Positions 58,863 through 64,000 of a DNA stretch of 64,000 bases are shown here, piece by piece. Every line of letters starts with the position of its first letter. The stretch's first letter is position 1. Origin of the DNA: an uncultured Chloroflexia bacterium (GTDB lineage Bacteria > Chloroflexota > Limnocylindria > Limnocylindrales > CSP1-4); assembly GCA_963749705.1 (NCBI GenBank), contig CAVVNQ010000003.1, positions 480,001 to 544,000 on the forward strand. Reading direction: 5' to 3'. The translations under genes and the position numbers were made by a program. The notes beneath the pieces were generated by a model. That model made no database searches and was not told the origin of the DNA. It worked only from the letters and a program-made list of their open reading frames with translations.

Positions 58863-60239
58863 CTATCCCAGCGGCGCGAACCGCGCCGTGAAGTGGCGCA
58901 GCTGGGATGGCTGGCGCTCGATCCGGTATCCACGCAGGGTCGACGCGCGCCGGGCCACGTCCCGGGCGACCTCGATCACGTAGTCGATGTGGCTCTGGGT
59001 GTACGTCCGGCGCGGGATGGCGAGCCGGACGAGGTCCATCGCGGCCGGTGCCTCGGTGCCGTCCGGGTGGACCCCGAACATCACCGTGCCGATCTCGCAG
59101 CCGCGGATCCCGCCGGCGCGGTAGAGCTCGACGGCCAGCGCCTGGCCCGGGTACTCGAGCGGCGGGATGTGCGGGAGCAGGGCGCGCGCGTCGAGGTAGA
59201 CGGCGTGGCCGCCGATGGGCTTGACCAGCGGGATCCCCGCAGCGTCGAGCGCATCGCCCAGGTACGCGGTGGACCGGATCCGGTATCGCAGGTAATCCTC
59301 GTCGACGACCTCGCGCAGCCCCTGCGCGATCGCCTCGAGGTCGCGGCCGGCGAGGCCGCCGTAGGTCACGAACCCCTCGGTCAGGATGAGCAGGTTCCTG
59401 CACTGCTCCGCCAGCGCGTCGTCGTTCATCGCGAGCCAGCCGCCGATGTTCGCGAGCCCGTCCTTCTTGGCCGACATGGTCATGCCGTCGGCGAGCGATC
59501 CGATCTCGCGCACGATGTCCACCACGGACCGGTCCGCCTGCCCGGGCTCGCGAGCCTTGATGAACCACGCGTTCTCGGCGAACCGGCAGCCGTCGAGGAA
59601 CAGCGGCCTGGCAAACCTGTCGCACACCGCGCGGACCGCGCGCAGGTTCTCGAGGCTCACCGGCTGGCCGCCGCCCGAGTTGTTGGTGATGGTCACGAAC
59701 ACGACCGGCACGTCGTCACCGCGAGCCGCCAGCAGCGCCTCGAGCGCCCCGACGTCCATGTTCCCCTTGAACGGGTGGAGCGTGGCCGGCTCGCGGCCCT
59801 CGGGGATCACCAGGTCGACCGCCTCGGCGCCGGTGAACTCGACGTTCGCGCGCGTGGTGTCGAAATGGGTGTTGTTGGGCACGACCTTGCCGGGGCCGCC
59901 GATCGCGCTGAACAGGATCTTCTCGGCCGCGCGCCCCTGGTGGGTGGGGATGACGTGCCGGAACGGGAACAGGGCCTGCACGGCATCGAGGAAGGCGTAC
60001 CAGCTGGGGCTGCCGGCATAGCTCTCGTCGCCGTGCTGGATCGCGGCCCACTGGTCGCGGCTCATGGCGCCCGTCCCCGAGTCCGTCAGCAGGTCGACGA
60101 GGACGTCCTCGGCGTGGAGGTTGAACAGGTTCCAGCCGGCGGCCTCGAGCGCGCGTTCTCGCTCATGTTCCGTGGTCAGCCGGATCGGCTCGACCGCGTG
60201 GATCCGGAACGGCTCGATGATCGTCTGCCAGCGTTCCAT
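58863..60239 (-). CDS. tnaA: Tryptophanase (beta-eliminating lyase)
   Basis: DLLTDSGT, HQGRAAE, HFDTT, MSAKKD (PLP lysine), RLAIPRR; C-terminal LRHFTARF has His as in TnaA rather than Phe as in tyrosine phenol-lyase. Confidence 0.85.
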   Translation of the reverse strand: MERWQTIIEPFRIHAVEPIRLTTEHERERALEAAGWNLFNLHAEDVLVDLLTDSGTGAMSRDQWAAIQHGDESYAGSPSWYAFLDAVQALFPFRHVIPTHQGRAAEKILFSAIGGPGKVVPNNTHFDTTRANVEFTGAEAVDLVIPEGREPATLHPFKGNMDVGALEALLAARGDDVPVVFVTITNNSGGGQPVSLENLRAVRAVCDRFARPLFLDGCRFAENAWFIKAREPGQADRSVVDIVREIGSLADGMTMSAKKDGLANIGGWLAMNDDALAEQCRNLLILTEGFVTYGGLAGRDLEAIAQGLREVVDEDYLRYRIRSTAYLGDALDAAGIPLVKPIGGHAVYLDARALLPHIPPLEYPGQALAVELYRAGGIRGCEIGTVMFGVHPDGTEAPAAMDLVRLAIPRRTYTQSHIDYVIEVARDVARRASTLRGYRIERQPSQLRHFTARFAPLG

Positions 60240-60261
60240 CACCCCGAGGATACGCGCCGGC

Positions 60262-62688
60262 TCATGGGATGGGTGCGAGATCCAGCAGCGTGCTCCGCAG
60301 CGGCGGATCGGTGGCCGGACGGCCGGCGTTGAACACGGCGACGAACACGTCGCCGGACACCTTCTTCGTCCCCTGGCTTCCCACCAGGGTGACGCTGATC
60401 AGGCGGCCCGAGACGCCGCGATCGCGGAGGTCGAGCCCGGTCAGCGTACCCACGCTGGTCCGGGTGTCGGCGTTGAAGATCGTGGTCAGCGCAGCGGCGG
60501 AGTAGGCGTGCGTCTGCCACGTCGCGTACGGGGCCGCGGCGTCGTAGGAAACGCCGCTCGGGTCTCGATCCGAGGAGCCGCGCAGGTACGACACGGCGCC
60601 GGCAACCTTGGCGCCCGTCGACGACACGAACACGTTCTCGTTGTTCTCGGTGGCGCCGCCGGCGGTCGAATGGAACAGCGCGTTCGCGATCGCGGAGCCG
60701 CTGCGCAGGACCTGCGCGGCGGTCGCCGTGACGGCCGCGTCCGACGCAGCGCTCTCGCGACGGGCGCCCTGGTAGACCTGCGAGCGCGTGTCGTCGTACA
60801 CGTCGAACGTGGACACGCCCGGGCGCAGGCGATATGCGGCGTACGAGCGGGCGGCGATGGTCTGGGCAAGCCGCGCCTCGAGCGGCCACGAGGTCGGCAT
60901 CTCGGCCGGCACCACCCCGCGGAGGTAGTCCTCGAGCCCGACCTCGTTGACGACGTCCGCCGTGGACGTGGAGAGGATGGCCCGCAGCGTCCCGCGGTAC
61001 AGGTCGTAGGTCGAGGGCTTCGAGTACAACTGGAGGGTCGTGCCCGGCTCGCGCGGCTCGACGGTCAGGTCCGCGGGCGCGGCGGCATCGGCGAGGACCG
61101 CACCGGTGGTGTCATCGACGATCATCCGCCACTGGGTTCCCGTGCCTGCGACCGGCGGCATCAGCCGGAGCCGGGCGTCCGCGGGGTAGACGGTCGAATC
61201 GCCGCGGATGCCCCAACCGCCGCCGCGACCGAAGACCGTCAGCGGGATGGTCTGGCTGGCCGCGAGGTTGTCGAGCACGAGCACCCGGATCGACGTGCCG
61301 GACGGGAGGGTGCCGATGGTCGTTCCGGCGTAGTAGTGGGCGAGGATCTCGGCCGCGGCCTGACCGGCCAGGGCTCGGCCGCGCGCGCCGTACTGCGAGA
61401 GGCCGACGCCGTGGCCGTAGCCTCGACCGTAGAAGGTCGTGCTGCTGCCGATCGGCGAGATCCCCGGTGCCGGCGTGGGCGTGGGTGACGGGGTCGCGGT
61501 AGGTGCCGGCGTGGGCGTGGGTGCCGGGGTGGCCGCGGGCGTCGGCGCGGGGGTCGGCGCGGCCTTGAGCACGCCGGTCGCCCCGTACAGGTAGCTCACC
61601 CCGTACAGGGTGCGCACGCTGGTCCCGTTGATCGCGCTGATCCGGTACCAGCCGGAGCCCGACTTGGCCGTGGGACAGACCGCGCTCCAGCTGCTGCCGC
61701 TCACGGTCGCCACCACGGTGACGGTGTCCGACGGCGTGAGCCGGGTCTTGATCGCCGCGCTCAGCGATGCGCTGGTGCGGATGTTGACCGCGCTGCAGGC
61801 GGGCAGGTAGAGGTTCGCCGCGGGCGCCGACGTGGGCGCCGGCGTGGGCGTGGGTGACGGGGTCGCGGTAGGTGCCGGCGTGGGCGTGGGTGCCGGGGTG
61901 GCCGCGGGCGTCGGCGCGGGGGTCGGCGCGGCCTTGAGCACGCCGGTCGCCCCGTACAGGTAGCTCACCCCGTACAGGGTGCGCACGCTGGTCCCGTTGA
62001 TCGCGCTGATCCGGTACCAGCCGGAGCCCGACTTGGCCGTGGGACAGACCGCGCTCCAGCTGCTGCCGCTCACGGTCGCCACCACGGTGACGGTGTCCGA
62101 CGGCGTGAGCCGGGTCTTGATCGCCGCGCTCAGCGATGCGCTGGTGCGGATGTTGACCGCGCTGCAGGCGGGCAGGTAGAGGTTCGCCGCGGGCGCCGAC
62201 GTGGGTGCCGGCGTGGGCGTGGGTGACGGGGTCGCGGTAGGTGCCGGCGTGGGCGTGGGTGCCGGGGTGGCCGCGGGCGTCGGCGCGGGGGTCGGCGCGG
62301 CCTTGAGCACGCCGGTCGCCCCGTACAGGTAGCTCACCCCGTACAGGGTGCGCACGCTGGTCCCGTTGATCGCGCTGATCCGGTACCAGCCGGAGCCCGA
62401 CTTGGCCGTGGGACAGACCGCGCTCCAGCTGCTGCCGCTCACGGTCGCCACCACGGTGACGGTGTCCGACGGCGTGAGCCGGGTCTTGATCGCCGCGCTC
62501 AGCGATGCGCTGGTGCGGATGTTGACCGCGCTGCAGGCGGGCACGAACGTGCCGGTGGCGGCTCTCGCCGCCTGCGGGCCGACGACGAGCCCCGCGAGCA
62601 CGACCGCCACGAGCAACGCGGCCAGCGACGGGCGGTGACGGCCGGCACGGGCGAGCCCGATCCGGCTGGTGCTCGCAGGTTGATCCAT
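60262..62688 (-). CDS. Secreted SpoIID/LytB-domain peptidoglycan hydrolase with three N-terminal SH3b-like repeats
   Basis: Signal peptide; VNIRTSAS...WYRI repeats with PT linkers; [31 protein letters not shown] and SQVYQG motifs. Confidence 0.9.
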   Translation of the reverse strand: MDQPASTSRIGLARAGRHRPSLAALLVAVVLAGLVVGPQAARAATGTFVPACSAVNIRTSASLSAAIKTRLTPSDTVTVVATVSGSSWSAVCPTAKSGSGWYRISAINGTSVRTLYGVSYLYGATGVLKAAPTPAPTPAATPAPTPTPAPTATPSPTPTPAPTSAPAANLYLPACSAVNIRTSASLSAAIKTRLTPSDTVTVVATVSGSSWSAVCPTAKSGSGWYRISAINGTSVRTLYGVSYLYGATGVLKAAPTPAPTPAATPAPTPTPAPTATPSPTPTPAPTSAPAANLYLPACSAVNIRTSASLSAAIKTRLTPSDTVTVVATVSGSSWSAVCPTAKSGSGWYRISAINGTSVRTLYGVSYLYGATGVLKAAPTPAPTPAATPAPTPTPAPTATPSPTPTPAPGISPIGSSTTFYGRGYGHGVGLSQYGARGRALAGQAAAEILAHYYAGTTIGTLPSGTSIRVLVLDNLAASQTIPLTVFGRGGGWGIRGDSTVYPADARLRLMPPVAGTGTQWRMIVDDTTGAVLADAAAPADLTVEPREPGTTLQLYSKPSTYDLYRGTLRAILSTSTADVVNEVGLEDYLRGVVPAEMPTSWPLEARLAQTIAARSYAAYRLRPGVSTFDVYDDTRSQVYQGARRESAASDAAVTATAAQVLRSGSAIANALFHSTAGGATENNENVFVSSTGAKVAGAVSYLRGSSDRDPSGVSYDAAAPYATWQTHAYSAAALTTIFNADTRTSVGTLTGLDLRDRGVSGRLISVTLVGSQGTKKVSGDVFVAVFNAGRPATDPPLRSTLLDLAPIP
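61466..62543 (-). repeat. About three tandem, essentially identical 369-bp units (SH3b-like domain plus Pro/Thr linker)
   Basis: Identical shadow ORFs at 61610, 61979 and 62348 give a 369-nt period; one substitution noticed in the linker. Confidence 0.97.
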
Positions 62689-62864
62689 GACCACACAAGG
62701 CTGCACCCTGGTGCACCACTCAACCACGGGCCGAAGGGCCCAGACCGTGGCCCGGTCGAATGGGACCATTGGCTGGTCGCTGCCGGACGCCGGACGGCGC
62801 CCGCGCCATCGTTCCCGCCTCGCCAAAGCGGTGCCGACGGTCGTGGAGCGGTACGCTGCACCGC

Positions 62865-63161
62865 ATGTGTCGCAGCATTCGCCAGCTCCGCCGCGCCGAC
62901 GATGCCGGCGCGGCCACCACGGGCGAGGCCCAGGCCGCAGCCCTCCAATACGTGCGCAAGATCAGCGGGTTCCGGACGCCGTCGGCCCGGAACGAGGAGG
63001 CGTTCCGGGCCGCCATCGACGAGATCGCCGCGGCGACGCAGCGGCTCCTGACCGCGGTCGGGACGCCAGTCGCCGAGGGTCCCGACCCGTTCGCTGATCC
63101 GGTCGCTCGCCGGGCGATCCTGGCAGCACGCCCCGCACGGACCAGGAACGCGCGCGCCTGA
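62865..63161 (+). CDS. DUF2277 family protein
   Basis: MCRSIRQLR...AAALQYVRKISGFRTPS..NEEAF; TACGCT -10 seven nt upstream. Confidence 0.88.
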   Translation: MCRSIRQLRRADDAGAATTGEAQAAALQYVRKISGFRTPSARNEEAFRAAIDEIAAATQRLLTAVGTPVAEGPDPFADPVARRAILAARPARTRNARA

Positions 63162-64000
63162 TGGGCGCCGAGGCCGGGCCGCTCGCCTCGCCGGCGCCCA
63201 CCTGGTGGCGGCGCCCGGGCCTGGACATCCGTGACGGCCGGCTGTCGCTCAACGGGGCGGACCTCGAGGCGCTGGTCCGCGAGCACGGGACGCCGCTGTT
63301 CGTGTACGACCTGGCACGTCCGCGGGAGAACGTCCGGGCGCTCCAGGCCGCCGTCCGCGCGACCGGCCTCCGCCACGTCGTCCGGTTTGCGCTCAAGGCC
63401 AGCCCGGACCCGCGAATCCTCGCCGTGCTGCGCGGTCTGGGCGAGCCGGGCTCGCCGGACGGCATCGGCATCGACGCGTGCTCTCCCGGGGAGGTGCTCC
63501 ACGCGCTGGCGAATGGCTGGATGCCCGAGGAGATCAGCCATACCGGCACCAACGTCTCCGAGCGGGACCTCGACGTCCTGCTCGCGCATCCGATCCACCT
63601 GAACCTCGATGGCGTCAGCCAGCTCGATCGGGTGGGCCGCCGCGCGCCCGGCCGGACCGTCGGCATCCGCGTCAATCCGGGTGCGGGTGCCGGGTACACC
63701 GAGCACCTGTCATACGCCGGTGACCGGCCCACCAAGTTCGGCGTCACGGCCGATCGCCTGGATGACGCGATCGCCGTGGTCCGGCGTCACGGCCTGGTCG
63801 TGGACACGATGCATTTCCACGCCGGGTCGGGGTGGCTGGGGGATCAGCTGGATGGCTTCGAGTCGGCGCTTCGGGGCGCCACCGCGTTCCTGGATCGCCT
63901 GCTCGATGCGGGGCTCCCGATCCGCGAGGTCAACGTCGGCGGCGGGCTGGGGCGCATCGCGCGCGACGGCGAGCGGGCGGTTGACCTCGACGCCTACGCG
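63161..64000 (+). CDS. lysA: Diaminopimelate decarboxylase-like PLP enzyme (runs off the window end)
   Basis: My translation: HGTPLFVYD, FALKAS, DACSPGE, GIRVNP, TKFG, HFHAGSG, VNVGGG; TGATG coupling to DUF2277. Confidence 0.78.
   Translation, partial: MGAEAGPLASPAPTWWRRPGLDIRDGRLSLNGADLEALVREHGTPLFVYDLARPRENVRALQAAVRATGLRHVVRFALKASPDPRILAVLRGLGEPGSPDGIGIDACSPGEVLHALANGWMPEEISHTGTNVSERDLDVLLAHPIHLNLDGVSQLDRVGRRAPGRTVGIRVNPGAGAGYTEHLSYAGDRPTKFGVTADRLDDAIAVVRRHGLVVDTMHFHAGSGWLGDQLDGFESALRGATAFLDRLLDAGLPIREVNVGGGLGRIARDGERAVDLDAYA

Noticed and set aside
52026-64000. Pairing of the saccharopine-dehydrogenase-like gene with the lysA-like gene as a polyamine pathway
   Set aside because: They are 10 kb apart and unlinked, and the decarboxylase is incomplete in the window

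Overview
Very GC-rich (roughly 70-75% by eye), gene-dense bacterial chromosomal segment with about 45 genes. I see no rRNA, tRNA, CRISPR array, transposase or integrase. Gene content (CW_binding_2 repeats, CxxC-x17-CxxC protein, F420-type LLM oxidoreductases, SpoIID/LytB, many leaderless starts) suggests a Chloroflexota or Actinomycetota-like soil bacterium; this is inference only. Most genes are metabolic or envelope related: a 7-gene enolase/FAD-FeS/DUF296/TPP/debranching-enzyme/VKOR/SDR cluster, glycosyltransferases, MFS transporters, metH, mmuM, tnaA, ctpA, rlpA, a GH3 and a lysA-like gene. Most notable: (1) two unlinked orphan genes (20590-21513, 33534-35828) that share an N-terminal L-[QH]-x-x-AGN-x-AV motif of the kind seen in DUF4157/eCIS-associated cargo, followed by unrelated payloads (an HExxH protease, and a duplicated helical domain plus a hydrophobic hairpin); (2) a STAND-type ATPase/LuxR regulator translationally coupled to a [3Fe-4S]-ferredoxin-class III cyclase fusion, with CRP-like boxes elsewhere in the window; (3) two envelope genes with near-perfect DNA triplications (about 303 bp and 369 bp); (4) an internally deleted LLM gene remnant that still supplies a promoter to rraA; (5) pervasive leaderless promoter geometry. 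Several single-base frameshifts are most likely assembly errors.
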